Shown here: positions 1 to 13,360 of the stretch, piece by piece
Numbering within the stretch: position 1 is the stretch's first letter
How the letters are laid out: each line of letters opens with the position of its first letter
Source: Octopus vulgaris
Taxonomy: Eukaryota
Direction: 5' to 3'
Assembly: GCA_951406725.2 (NCBI GenBank)
Contig: OX597832.1
Coordinates: forward strand, 23,622,001-23,686,000
Length of the DNA stretch: 64,000 bases
Made by a program: the position numbers and the translations under genes
Notes under the pieces: model-generated
The model's input: only the letters and a program-made list of their open reading frames with translations
Databases searched by the model: none
Told to the model about the DNA's origin: nothing

Positions 1-33
1 AATATGCATTTTCGTTGATTTTTCATATTTTAC

Positions 34-104
<71 letters not shown>

Positions 105-109
105 TTATA

Positions 110-167
<58 letters not shown>

Positions 168-178
168 TGTATGTATGT

Positions 179-256
<78 letters not shown>

Positions 257-827
257 GCACGAACAAGAAATTAAGGAACTGTGTGATGACTGAAAATTAT
301 GGCCTCCACTGGAATATTTTGTAGTAACTAGACTTAAGAGATCGACAAAGTATTCACCCATACAAGGATGCTCTTCCCCGTTAAGGAAAAAAAACCGCGG
401 CCAAATTCTTAATCGCAGATACGGAAGGGGGCCACGAATGCCATATTTATGGAAAGTATGATACTTCGATTTATATTCCATGTTTGATTATTTACAACGC
501 CACATTTGACATCGATCTCTTCTCTGCAGGATAATTACATTCGTTCATCGTATTTCTGATCAAGTTTTTGAAAGAATCGCGTAATTATTATCCGAAGATT
601 GGGCCTTTATATTTCAATAGATATTCTTGTCCATGTCTCTACTTGAATGGAGCAAACTATTGGAACCACGGAATATTCAACTGCGAGAGGCGTACTATTG
701 CTGAGAAGAAACCATTTGCACGCGAATTAGTTTGAATGCCTTTGATAAATTTGATATGAGATCGTCATTAACAGTACGGAGAGGAAAAGTTTAAAACTAC
801 ACAATTGGATGTGCACGTAACAACATA

Positions 828-882
<55 letters not shown>

Positions 883-967
883 ACATATATGTATGTGTGT
901 ATGTATATATACACATATATATATATATATCAGTATAGATAGACAGATGGATGCACGAATACATACA

Positions 968-1025
<58 letters not shown>

Positions 1026-1117
1026 TATATGTATACATATGTTTATATACATATATATATGTGCACACGTATACAAACATATACGTGCGTATATTCGTAT
1101 ATATATATATATATATA

Positions 1118-1148
<31 letters not shown>

Positions 1149-1277
1149 TTATATGTACACGTATACATTTTGTTCTGTATATATATGTGTGTGTATGTAA
1201 GGGGGTGTTCATTTAGATATATACAACTGTATATTCATTTACATACACACACGAACACCTACACTCTCTCTACCTCT

Positions 1278-1326
<49 letters not shown>

Positions 1327-1925
1327 ACACACGCGCGCGCGCCCTTTTCCAAATAACATATTGATTACAATATTATCACACAATTAACCAAACATTTACA
1401 TTTCGATTCATGAAAGCAAGATTAGATTTAACTTAGCATAAAAGTGAAGCAACACACACCATTTACCAGTTCCAATTGGATATACTTTCCAGGCTCTATA
1501 CATCCTGAGAGCGCATTCATCACAATACAAGGACAATACATCGCCTAACAAAGAAACGGTTTTCCACGCAATTTTCTCGCCGCTTTCGTATTCGCTTCAG
1601 CCATTTAATTCTGATTTATAAATCTGTGCATGAAGATCAAAACCCCGCCATTTAATTTCAGAGTCTTCGTCTTTTATGTTTTACTTGTTCCGGTCATGAG
1701 ACTGCGGCCATGCTGGGGCACCGGCTTGAGGAATTTTAGTCGAAGAAACCGATCCGAATACTGGTGCTTCTTCCATCGGTTTATTTTTCGAAGCCGCTAA
1801 CACACACACACTATTACAAACACAAATACACACAAATACACAAACACACACACACACACACATGTATGTATGCTTGTATGTGTGTGTGTGTGTGTGTGTA
1901 TGTGTATTTGTGTGTATATATATGT

Positions 1926-1982
<57 letters not shown>

Positions 1983-2012
1983 TATATGTATATATATATG
2001 TATATATATATG

Positions 2013-2069
<57 letters not shown>

Positions 2070-2222
2070 CTATCTATTATATAAATATATATATATATGT
2101 AATAGATAGATAAATATATACATATATATACATACATACATACATATATATATATGTATGTATGTATATATATATGTATATATTTAACTATCTATTATAT
2201 ATATATATATATAATAGATAGA

Positions 2223-2277
<55 letters not shown>

Positions 2278-2613
2278 TATACAATTTTAGAGTTTAGAGA
2301 TTGTTAACATTAACAACGCTCAGAGCCAGGTTAAAATTAAAGTGCTCTGAGTTCCAATTTATAATTTCAATGGAGGCAATACCAGTTGAAAACTAGAGAA
2401 ACATGACCTATTATCCAATAGAATATTCTATATATATTTGTGTACTTTCATTGGACATTAATCAATCAATATAAAGTTCTAGATAATACAGTATCAAAAC
2501 ATACAAATATATAAACATATAAATATTCAATATTTAAAAATACGGAAATATTTTAAAATATTTTTAAAATGCGCTGGCTTTATAAATGTATAAATAAATA
2601 AATAGATATACAA

Positions 2614-2680
<67 letters not shown>

Positions 2681-2754
2681 TATAGCTAGATAGATAGATA
2701 GATAGTTATGGATATAGATAGATAGATAAATAGATACATACATACATACATACA

Positions 2755-2786
<32 letters not shown>

Positions 2787-3272
2787 GATATATACGTATA
2801 CATATATACACATTTACGAGTATATTTCGAACAACTATCTCTCTTGAATACCGTGGGTCACGTGCATAAATGTCTCTATATATTTAGAGTTGTATATATA
2901 TATAGACTAGGATCGGTCTGTTCGTGAATTACTCTCTTATGGCTAGCTCTATCTAACCCAATTCTTTTTCAAAGCATTAGCGATATAACTAGAAACAAAT
3001 TAAGCTAGACTATGAACACCGATTCATGATATTTCATCAGAACAAAGGGCTAATAGATTGATGATTCCGTCAGCATTATTTTAGAATTTCTACTGATAAT
3101 GGTACAAATTCTGTGTGGAGATTTTTTTCTGTTTGTTGTGCCTCTTGGGCTTTTTGCTGTTTTTTTTTTTTTTTGTTCAAGGTAAGTATCCACTTATGGG
3201 CAACTTTTCACATATCCTAACCTAATCAAATTAGCAGTAACAAAGTCATATATATATACATACACACACACA

Positions 3273-3351
<79 letters not shown>

Positions 3352-4706
3352 TATAAATACGTAGATATGTATATAAAGACATACACACACACATATCTAT
3401 ATATATGAATATATATACACGTGTATATAAGTGTGTATGTATGCATGTCTCTCTGTCTCTGTCTCTTTCTCTCTCTCTCTCCCTCTCTCTCTCTCTATAT
3501 ATATATGTATGTATATATATATATATATATATATGTATATGTATATATGTATGTATATATGTATGTACATATATACATATATACATATATTCATGCTTGC
3601 ATACATACATATATATATACATACATACACATACATGCATATATATACAAAAATATACATAGATAAACATTATATACATACATACATACATACACATACA
3701 TACATATATACACACACATACATACACATACATATATACATACATACACATATATACATACATATATATATACATATATATATATACATATATATATACA
3801 TATATATATATACATACACACATACATACATACATACATACATACATACATACATACATACATACATACATACATACACTACTTTCTAAAGTGATTTCGA
3901 TGCCATTAGCAAATGGCCAAAATATAATCTCAAAATGTCAGTTCTCTCTGTTTAAGTAATTCTAAAATGCTATAAACCATTTCAGTCGCGTTTTATTTTA
4001 TCGTATTTCTTTTGACTTTGTTGTTGTTATTCTTGTAATTCATGTTCCGTATTTGATGAATACTTTTAAAGATGTTACAATGCAAGAATACAATTCCTTT
4101 AATTAAGAAATCAGGCATCTTTAAACAGACGAAATATTAAAATTGAGCTTTTCGCTTGTTTGTTTGTTTTTTACTATGAATGGACGAGACAAATTTAATA
4201 ACGTGAAAAAGAAATGAAAATATTTTTTTTATGAATTACCAAGAGTAGTTAAAATGGAGGAGAAACCTATTTAAAGAGTAACAAAACGAAGATGATATAT
4301 TAGATATTAAATTATATTGCCTGGCTGGGCAAAATACATTTCGATTTTAACTTAGTGTCTTTTTTTATAAATATTTTTGCTTCGCTGGTTAAACACAATG
4401 CGTTAATTAAGGAATTCTGGTGGTAGATTCTATCAATGAATTCACTAGAAACACACTTGTGTGCATACATACTCCTTTTACTCTTTTACTTGTTTCAGTC
4501 ATTTGACTGCGGCCATGCTGGAGCACCGCCTTTAGTCGAGCAAATCGACCACTCATTCTTTGTAAGCCTAGTACTTATTCTATCGGTCTCGTTTTGCCGA
4601 ACCGCTAGTTGACGGGGACGTAAAGACACCAGCATTGATTGCCAAGCGATGTTGGGGGGGACAAACGCAGATACACAAACACACACACACACACACACAC
4701 ATACAT

Positions 4707-4757
<51 letters not shown>

Positions 4758-4948
4758 GTAGGATAAAATTTTTCGAAAAAAAAATTCTATCAATGGCCAG
4801 CATATTAAAAAATTGCACGTGTTTTGAATGGGCTGGAGTATTTCTATTTTGGATTTATTTGGGGTACTTAGTTGTGCTCATGACTTAGTGTTTGCTTCTT
4901 CCATGGGTATGAGTAAGTATCTCATTTACTTCTTTGCCACATGTATCA

Positions 4949-4980
<32 letters not shown>

Positions 4981-4986
<6 letters not shown>

Positions 4987-5266
4987 TCGCCATACTAATA
5001 TGGCATTCTTATAAAAATAAGAATAAAGCTGTCCGCTTATTAGCTCCATGAGGCCATCGCCTTAAGTTAGCTATTTGATACACAAACTGTATCCATATAA
5101 CCTTCGAACAAGGGAGGTCAGTCGCTCCACACTACTTGTTCGAAGGTTATATGGATACAGTTTGTGTATCAAATAGCTAACTTAAGGCGATGGCCTCATG
5201 GAGCTAATAAGCGGACAGCTTTATTCTTATTTTTATAAGAATGCCATATTAGTATGGCGATAACTA
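4981..5266. repeat. Long inverted repeat with about 130-bp identical arms and an approximately 21-nt loop, embedded in (TA)n; Penelope-like fragment
   Basis: ATAGTTATCGCCATAC...TTCGAACAAG, then the loop GGAGGTCAGTCGCTCCACACTA, then its reverse complement. Confidence 0.95.
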
Positions 5267-5533
5267 TTATTTTCCGGGAACGCTGCCGCTGTTCTCTTTT
5301 AGAGAGACTTAGTAATTTTAATATTTCTATTATATATATATATATATATATATATATTCATATATACATATATACATATATACGACGGGCTTCTTTCAGT
5401 TTCCGTCTACCAAATCCACTCAAAAGGCTTTTGTCGGCTCGAGACTATAGTAGACACTTGCCCAAGGTGCAACGCAGTGAGACTGAACCCGAAACCATGT
5501 GGTTGGTAAGCAAGCTACTTCCCACACAGCCGC

Positions 5534-5611
<78 letters not shown>

Positions 5612-5992
5612 ATCTTACATACATGTATGTATGTATGTATGATTTTTCTTTGAGTTTAATTTAAGTTCTTCTTGAGACGGTTCAAGACGGTTACTAACAA
5701 AGCAACAAGACTTTTTGAGTGAAGAGAGTTCTCGGTGTTTGTAAATATATGTGGTTGAGTTGGTATGTTGGTTGTGCTTTTGATGCATACACCCACATGT
5801 GTGCATCTATTCAAATAAGGATCTAAACATGGAGAATTCCTGCAATGTCTCACAAATCTAAGTTTGCATACAGGCATATGTATTTACTGTAATATCACAC
5901 ATGTACATTTGCATCTGTGTGTGCTTGTATGCATATTTACATGTATATGTATATTGATTTATATATATAGATGCATGTGTATGTGTATAAGT

Positions 5993-6380
<388 letters not shown>

Positions 6381-6515
6381 TATAAATATATATATATACA
6401 TATATATATACGTAATAGGTTACATACATGCATAAATAAACTACCTATACGCAAGCCTACAACCTACTGACATATATACATTCACACACACATACATATA
6501 TGCATACATACATGC

Positions 6516-6556
<41 letters not shown>

Positions 6557-6915
6557 CATACACACAGAAGAGATCTGCGTGAAACGGCTTCCTTTCCATA
6601 GAAATATCGTAATATTTTTTTCTCTTCTACATAACCTTACAAGCATATCTAGCTTCCAGCTTTGGTAAACCATAAAAGGAGTTCATTCTTGATGTCACAA
6701 ACAAGCTGTCGTGACGACAGCTACACGACGGTGACGAATGCAAACGAATATGGAAACGAAATCATGGGATTCTTGCTTGTATCAAAAACTAAATGCCTTC
6801 CAGTGTCAGCAAACTCATTGATATGCCTATCCTCGTTTTTCACTGATTTTTTCATGAAGATCCCAGATAACACGGTGCGTTCAGGTGTGAACTATATATA
6901 ATGTCTCCATTATTG

Positions 6916-6972
<57 letters not shown>

Positions 6973-7002
6973 TGGAAGGTTTGGAGATGATGTACAGGTA
7001 TT

Positions 7003-7309
7003 ATATATTAGAAGAAATGAGGTAATCAGAAGATCGGATGGTTTATATTTACAGATATTTATTTATATATTACATTTTATATATATATATCATATCACTT
7101 AGATCATTAGCGCTTTCTCCCATTCTAGTGGGGTTTTCATTCTAGTAGGGTTTTCAAATCAAAAATAAGAACTTATTTTGATTTGAAAACCCCACTAGAA
7201 TGGGAGAAAGCGCTAATGATCTAAGTGATATGATATATATATAAAAAATGTAATATATAAATAAATATCTGTAAATATAAACCATCCGATCTTCTGATTA
7301 CCTCATTTC

Positions 7310-7320
<11 letters not shown>
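7003..7320. repeat. Near-perfect palindrome centred near 7170 with a short tandem duplication in the left arm, embedded in (TA)n
   Basis: TATTAGAAGAAATGAGGTAATC... is mirrored by ...GATTACCTCATTTCTTCTAATA. TTCTAGTRGGGTTTTCA occurs twice in the left arm and once in the right. Confidence 0.93.
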
Positions 7321-7363
<43 letters not shown>

Positions 7364-7507
7364 AAATGGAACAAGAAAGCAAAGCATTCAAATAGACGAT
7401 ACAGAAAACACAGACGGGTCATTCGAAGACTCTAATCTTCAGTCAAGAACCAGACCATCCTTGCAATTTCGAGTGATTATATACAGTACATATGTATGAT
7501 AGATCGT

Positions 7508-7692
7508 TAGCCACTACACACATTTTTTCTCTCCTTCTTTCTCTCCTTCTTTTTTCTGTGTCCCTTTCTGTAGAAGAGCGTAGGCTCGAAACGTAAAATA
7601 ATTTTTCTATTCCTGAGCGTTATACTAATACATCTGTTTGTTTTGTACACCACCTGTCTGCGTCTTTTGTTTTTTTCGTAAATTGTCACTAT
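7508..7692 (+). mobile_element. Short Penelope-like repeat carrying an HHR variant (other copies at 9246-9450 minus, 43038-43135 minus partial, 48681-48853 plus)
   Basis: Shared sequence ...GAAGAGCGTAGGCTCGAAACGTA...TATACTAATACATCTGTTTGTTTTGTACACCACC... All copies abut TA-rich microsatellite. Confidence 0.7.
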
Positions 7693-7697
7693 ATATT

Positions 7698-7793
<96 letters not shown>

Positions 7794-8183
7794 AGTTGTT
7801 GTGTGGTAAGTAGCTTGCTTACCAAACCATGGTTCCGGGTTCAGTTCCACTGCGTGGCACCTTGGGTAAGTGTCTTCTACTATAGCCTCGGGCCTACCAA
7901 AACCGTATGAGTAGATTTGGTAGGTGAACACTAAAAGAAATGCTTCGTATATATATATATATATATGTTTGGTAAAATAGAAAGATGAATAATCTTGTTG
8001 CAGATTAATCAAAAGTTTAACCGATACCTTGGTAGCAAAAATCACAGCAGAAGAAAGCACGGTTGGAGATAAAACCTTTTGGTGTTGCAACCGTGCGTTG
8101 GTGCGGATAATTGAATTTTAATATTATTAGTGAATTGAAGAAATGGAGTTGAACGAAGATTGAACAGAATTCCTTTTATTGCA

Positions 8184-8263
8184 TTCTACACATGTTTCAA
8201 AAGCCACAATTTTCCAAATTCTGATTAAATAAGGATACCATATTGTGGCTTTCTCTTCAGGAA
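8184..8263 (-). ncRNA. Type I hammerhead ribozyme motif (mirror copy)
   Basis: Reverse complement of the 8474-8553 motif in the left palindrome arm. Confidence 0.75.
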
Positions 8264-8473
8264 AAAAATAGGAATTCCGTTGGCAGAACAAAACAGAACA
8301 GAGGCGCAGCAAAGCAATTTGAACGAGGCGGCTCTTTAAGAGCCCATGGACGAACTGATTATCAATGTACATTGATAATCAGTTCGGCCATGAGCTCTTA
8401 AAGAGCCGCCTCGTTCAAATTGCTTTGCTGCGCCTCTGTTCTGTTTTGTTCTGCCAACGGAATTCCTATTTTT

Positions 8474-8553
8474 TTCCTGAAGAGAAAGCCACAATATGGT
8501 ATCCTTATTTAATCAGAATTTGGAAAATTGTGGCTTTTGAAACATGTGTAGAA
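8474..8553 (+). ncRNA. Type I hammerhead ribozyme motif (Penelope-associated type)
   Basis: Short stem I TTC/GAA, core CTGAAGA (8477-8483), 12-bp stem II GAAAGCCACAAT/ATTGTGGCTTTT, then GAAAC-ATGT-GTA with predicted cleavage after A8550. Confidence 0.75.
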
Positions 8554-8608
8554 TGCAATAAAAGGAATTCTGTTCAATCTTCTTTCAACTCCATTTCTTC
8601 AATTCACT

Positions 8609-8660
<52 letters not shown>

Positions 8661-9174
8661 GTGCGTGTCTATATATTTGTGTTTCTGTGTTTGTCCCCCC
8701 AACATCGCTTGACAACTAACGCTGGTGTGCTTACGTAACTTAGCGGCTCGGCAAATGAGACCGATAAAATAAGTACTAAGCTTACAAAGAATAAGTCCTA
8801 GGGTCGATTTGCTTGACTAAAGGCAGTGCTCCAGTATGGCCACAGTCAAATGACGGAAACAAGTAAAAGAGTAAAAGAGTAAGACAGTATACATATATAC
8901 ATATGTATATGTATATATGTATATATTCACAACGACCTAGAACCCACAAGAGTGAACAAGAGAGACAGAGACAGGCAGAAACAGGGAAAATGCCCCTTGT
9001 ATTTGAACACTATACAAATATTCTTTTAAAAACTTTTCATTTAATTTTTCCAAAATTTAATTGTTTTCCATTCTTACAGTTGAAAAAGTCTCAATAACTG
9101 AAACCGGTACTGAAATGTTTTTTTAAAATTACTTTGGTATTTTCTACGTATCAACTTGTGTGTTCCTATTCAAC

Positions 9175-9244
<70 letters not shown>

Positions 9245-9245
9245 T

Positions 9246-9450
9246 AGGGAGAGTTTACGATAAAAAAACAAAAGACGAAGACAGGTGGTGTACAAAACAA
9301 ACAGATGTATTAGTATAACACTCGGGAATAGAAAAAGTCTTTTACGTTTCGAGCCTACGCTCTTCAACAGAAAGGGACACAGAAAAAACAAGGAGAGAAA
9401 CAAGGAGAGAAAAAATGAGAGCAAAAATGTGCTAACGATTTATCATGGCG
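9246..9450 (-). mobile_element. Copy of the short Penelope-like HHR repeat
   Basis: The minus strand reads TTGAAGAGCGTAGGCTCGAAACGTA at 9343-9367 and is homologous to 7508-7692. Confidence 0.7.
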
Positions 9451-9763
9451 ACTATATATATGCACGCATATATATATTTTTTAGACATACATAGAAGAAA
9501 CCTAGCAAAGCCACGAAATGTTCTCAACAGCATGAGAGAGGGGAAATTATGCTCCGAGACACATCAGAGTTGATATAGTGTGTGAAAGGAGGAGAAAAAT
9601 AGTTTCATCAGTTCACGCTGCGATGATGTGATGTGAAAGGACATCACGTCGCCAAGAGAAGAGGGTGTTGCACAATAATATGCATGGGTAGTCCTAATAA
9701 GAGAATATATTTTTAATATATAAATCACTGACATAAATTACTAAGAGCTAACCTATAATTCTC

Positions 9764-9794
<31 letters not shown>

Positions 9795-9910
9795 GCGTTT
9801 GCGTGTGCGTGCCGGTGTATAAATAGACAGGTAGTTATAGGTAAATACAGAGAGTGACAGGGAGGGATAGGCAGGTAGGTAGGTATGTAGGTAAGTAGAT
9901 AGACAGACAG

Positions 9911-10012
<102 letters not shown>

Positions 10013-10331
10013 GGACAGATAGATAGATAGGCAGACAGACAGACAGGCAGATAGATAGATACAGATATAACTATATCGATTGAGAGAGAAAAAAAGATAC
10101 ACACACTATATATATACATATTTATATATATGCATTAGTGTGTGTGTGTTTGTACGTGTGTTATGAGTGCGTAAATAAATATGCATTAAATTATAAACAC
10201 GTATACCCGGCGTGTAACTGCGCATGCGCGTCGTATATGAAAATTACGCGTATAAAAACACACACGTATATATCTATATACGCATTTGCCTGCATATGTA
10301 CGTGTGCATGAATGTACATGCTTGCATGCAT

Positions 10332-10382
<51 letters not shown>

Positions 10383-11393
10383 CATTCTTATTTACTTCTT
10401 GTCTCTACATCGAATCAAGATCTAATATCTTATCGTAGGATATTTTTTTTTTAGACACAAGTAGAAGTTACCTAGCTACGCCACACTACGTTCTGAGCGA
10501 AGTTCTGATGGAATATAAGCAGGTCAGTCTGCAGGTGAGTATCTGGATCGGCAGGTAGGCATTTATAGTTTAGTGTAAGAGAAGCTGTTAACGCAACGTA
10601 ATGTCAGAAAGAGCAACGCATTATACAAGGATTCAATTGACGTCACGGGGCCCATTGTTCTGATTGCGCTCAAGTGTACGTGTGTGTATGTTTACATAAA
10701 TTTCTTGTAATATTACGTCTGATGACGTAAGATAAATAGATGCATATAATTAGTACACTGGTTGGCTGCATGTCTAAACCCCAGTTTTAACTGCAACTAA
10801 AAATGCAGAGATGTTTTAGCTGCCTAAATGTGGATTAGCTGCAGGCAGAGTTTCACTCGAGCTGGTACGTGTGAAATAGAATAGCGTCTAGACAGGCAAA
10901 TAACAGGTCTCAGGTCAGTTTATGATATTTATATATTTATATATTTATATATAAATATATAAATATACAAATGTATATAGCGATACAACTACTTGAAGGT
11001 AGAAATGAATATTATAGGAGTTTACATAGCAGAAGATCAAAGAAAAGATCAATTGGGGAATTCTTATTGTAGTTATGACATATAATATTCTTCCGGAGCA
11101 GTTATAAAATTAGTCCATTTTATTGATATGAAATAGTAGGTTAAAGTAGGCCATTGTATGTAGAATCCAAAGCTAGACGAGAAGGAAAATTTGTAATTAA
11201 TCCTTACAACTGTTTCGAAAATAGTTGCGCAGTTGGTGCAATTCCCTGCAAGCAGTCTGCAGTCAGCATTTTAGTGGATATCTATGTCATCTTCTTGAAA
11301 CAACTATAAGGGATTACCTTTACAATGTAGAGGAATAAGAAATATTGGTTCTAAATTTTTGCTTGCGTGCGAGTGTGCGTGTATGCGTGTGTG

Positions 11394-11464
<71 letters not shown>

Positions 11465-11485
11465 GTAGATAGATAGATAGATAGG

Positions 11486-11535
<50 letters not shown>

Positions 11536-11572
11536 CATAGATACATAGATAGATAGATAGATAGATAGATAA

Positions 11573-11852
11573 GTTTCTTTATTGGCCACACAGGGCTGCA
11601 CACAGATGGGACAAGTTACAAGGTAGAGCTTTTCTTTTGGGGGATGAAGAAAACAAAAAACAAAGAGAAAAAAAAGAAAAGGAAAAGAAACAAAAGAAAA
11701 GAGAAATGAAAAAAGAAGAAAAAAAGGGGAATAGGAAAAAAAACGATCAATAGGGATCGTGTATCACAGTGTTATGATATGTGGTGTAAAGGGGAAAGCA
11801 AGTAAGGTTTGTCCGTGGGAAGAAAAGCCTACGAAAAAGACCACGGTAACCT
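11573..11852 (-). mobile_element. Probable LINE 3' UTR/terminus (Tx1-like), ending in AATAAAGAAA next to (TATC)n
   Basis: Pyrimidine-rich minus-strand tail ending ...TGTGGCCAATAAAGAAA directly against a (GATA)n tract. The family assignment is an inference. Confidence 0.45.
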
Positions 11853-12110
11853 TGAGTGATAGATGCACATGGCTGCTTAAATGGTGGATACTACAATCCA
11901 ATTTAAATCGCACAAAATACAAAAACTGTCTATCCTAAGAGCCTTTAAACGACGTTTGCACAGATTCTACCAAACTTCTTTATATCAATAGCGATTTTGC
12001 TTCACGAGCATTCATGTTCCTCAAAATATCAAGGACAAAATTCAGAAAAGAGCCACCCGATTGACTGACTTAAAACTACTCAGATACTCACCAGCCTCAC
12101 TGTCTTTACC
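11853..12110 (+). mobile_element. Highly decayed L2/CR1-like LINE remnant
   Basis: Residual KIQKRATRL motif at about 12038-12063, with an otherwise broken frame. Confidence 0.35.
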
Positions 12111-12764
12111 TCAGCTACTATTATAGAATCTGCTTTATTGGACTGTCTCCTCCTCTTGGTTATCCTCGACCATTTCGTCTCTCCTTCTCCATACCTTTGT
12201 TGCCCCAAATCTGCTAATTCTTACACCCAGTCCTTCCTTTCCAAAGTGTCTTCCCTCTAGTATTATCCTTTGTATGTTCATATATTTCCCGCTAGAAATA
12301 TGATTTACAAAGCTCAAGAAGAGCATTAATGGTACCAAACTCTCTGGTTTAGGTGAGCCTACGAGAACCATTGGCCCTACCTCTTTCTCAAGAACGAGCA
12401 AGCAGAACACGAAAAACACTACGTGATGATTTTTTTATCTAGTTTCAGCTCACAAGCTGTGGCCATGCTGGGGCACCGCCATTTAAAAGCAATGTCGACC
12501 TAGATGGAACTTGAACCCCGATCGTAACGACAGGCGAAATAGCGCTAGGCGTTCTACCCAATATGCTAACGATTCTGCCAGCTTACCGCCTTTATACGTA
12601 TTTAGACCCATTCTTCTTATCAGAAAACAGTTTTCCGATATTGGTACCACTTTTTATATATTATACATTTATGTTCTTGCATCATTCTTCCACTGCCTTT
12701 TATTTCTGCTGGTTTGATTTCTTCGAGTGGACCCAGCCAACAAGAGAGCTAAAGGTAGATCAAG

Positions 12765-12990
12765 AATGAAACGATTAGAGAATATCTGTGGCGGAAATCT
12801 CTGCTCGCATTCAGAAATCACATCTCCAATAATACAGACATGCGATTAGAATGTCGTAGGAAAGAATCACAAGACCGAGTCAAACCGGCAGGATACCTAG
12901 AGGTAGACTGAGAATGAAATGGTTGGATAATATCTGTAGTCTCATCTGGTCACGCTTGAGGAACTCAATCGGAAAGTATAATGACGGTTA
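12765..12990 (+). mobile_element. Decayed RTE LINE 3' fragment
   Basis: PRGRLRMKWLDNICSLIWSRL matches the GRPxxxWxD motif of RTE C-termini. Confidence 0.55.
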
Positions 12991-13084
12991 CTTTTGAAAT
13001 AACCCTATGGACAGCGAGCCAAAGTACTCTATCCTCCACAGCCTTCTCAGGAATAGTCGGCGCGAAAAGTGCGAAAAGAAGACT

Positions 13085-13360
13085 GACTGGCTGACTGGAT
13101 GGATGGATGGATGGAGGGATGGAGGGATGGATGGACGGACGGACGGATGGATGGATGGATGGATAGATGGATGGATGGATGGAGGGATGGAGGGATGGAA
13201 TGACGGATGAATGGATGGATGGATGGATGGAACGATGGAGAGAGGGAGAGATGGAGGGATGGAGGGATGGAGAGATGGATGGATGGATGGATGGATGGAT
13301 GGATGGATGGAGGGATGGATGGATGGATGGCTGGATGGATGGATGGATGGATGGGTGGGT
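13085..13360. repeat. (GGAT)n/(GGAG) tetranucleotide microsatellite
   Basis: Direct inspection. Confidence 0.97.

Larger units (their letters stand above)
8121..8616. repeat. Spacerless palindrome with 248-bp arms (about 3 mismatches)
   Basis: Centre TGT|ACA at 8368/8369. The ORF track shows near-identical peptides on opposite strands (8127..8372 minus, 8365..8610 plus). Confidence 0.97.

Noticed and set aside
3086-3181. Exon-like AG...GTAAGT segment on the plus strand (a similar one lies at about 20661-20771)
   Set aside because: Splice-like words are common by chance in T-rich DNA, the peptides are unrecognisable, and no coherent gene model links them.
23-3889. Many ORFs rich in YI, CV, HT and YLSI here and throughout the window
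   Set aside because: They are translations of (TA)n, (TG)n, (TACA)n and (GATA)n microsatellites, which lack stops in several frames.
8127-8610. Two near-identical 81-aa ORFs on opposite strands
   Set aside because: A consequence of the DNA palindrome, with no recognisable domain.
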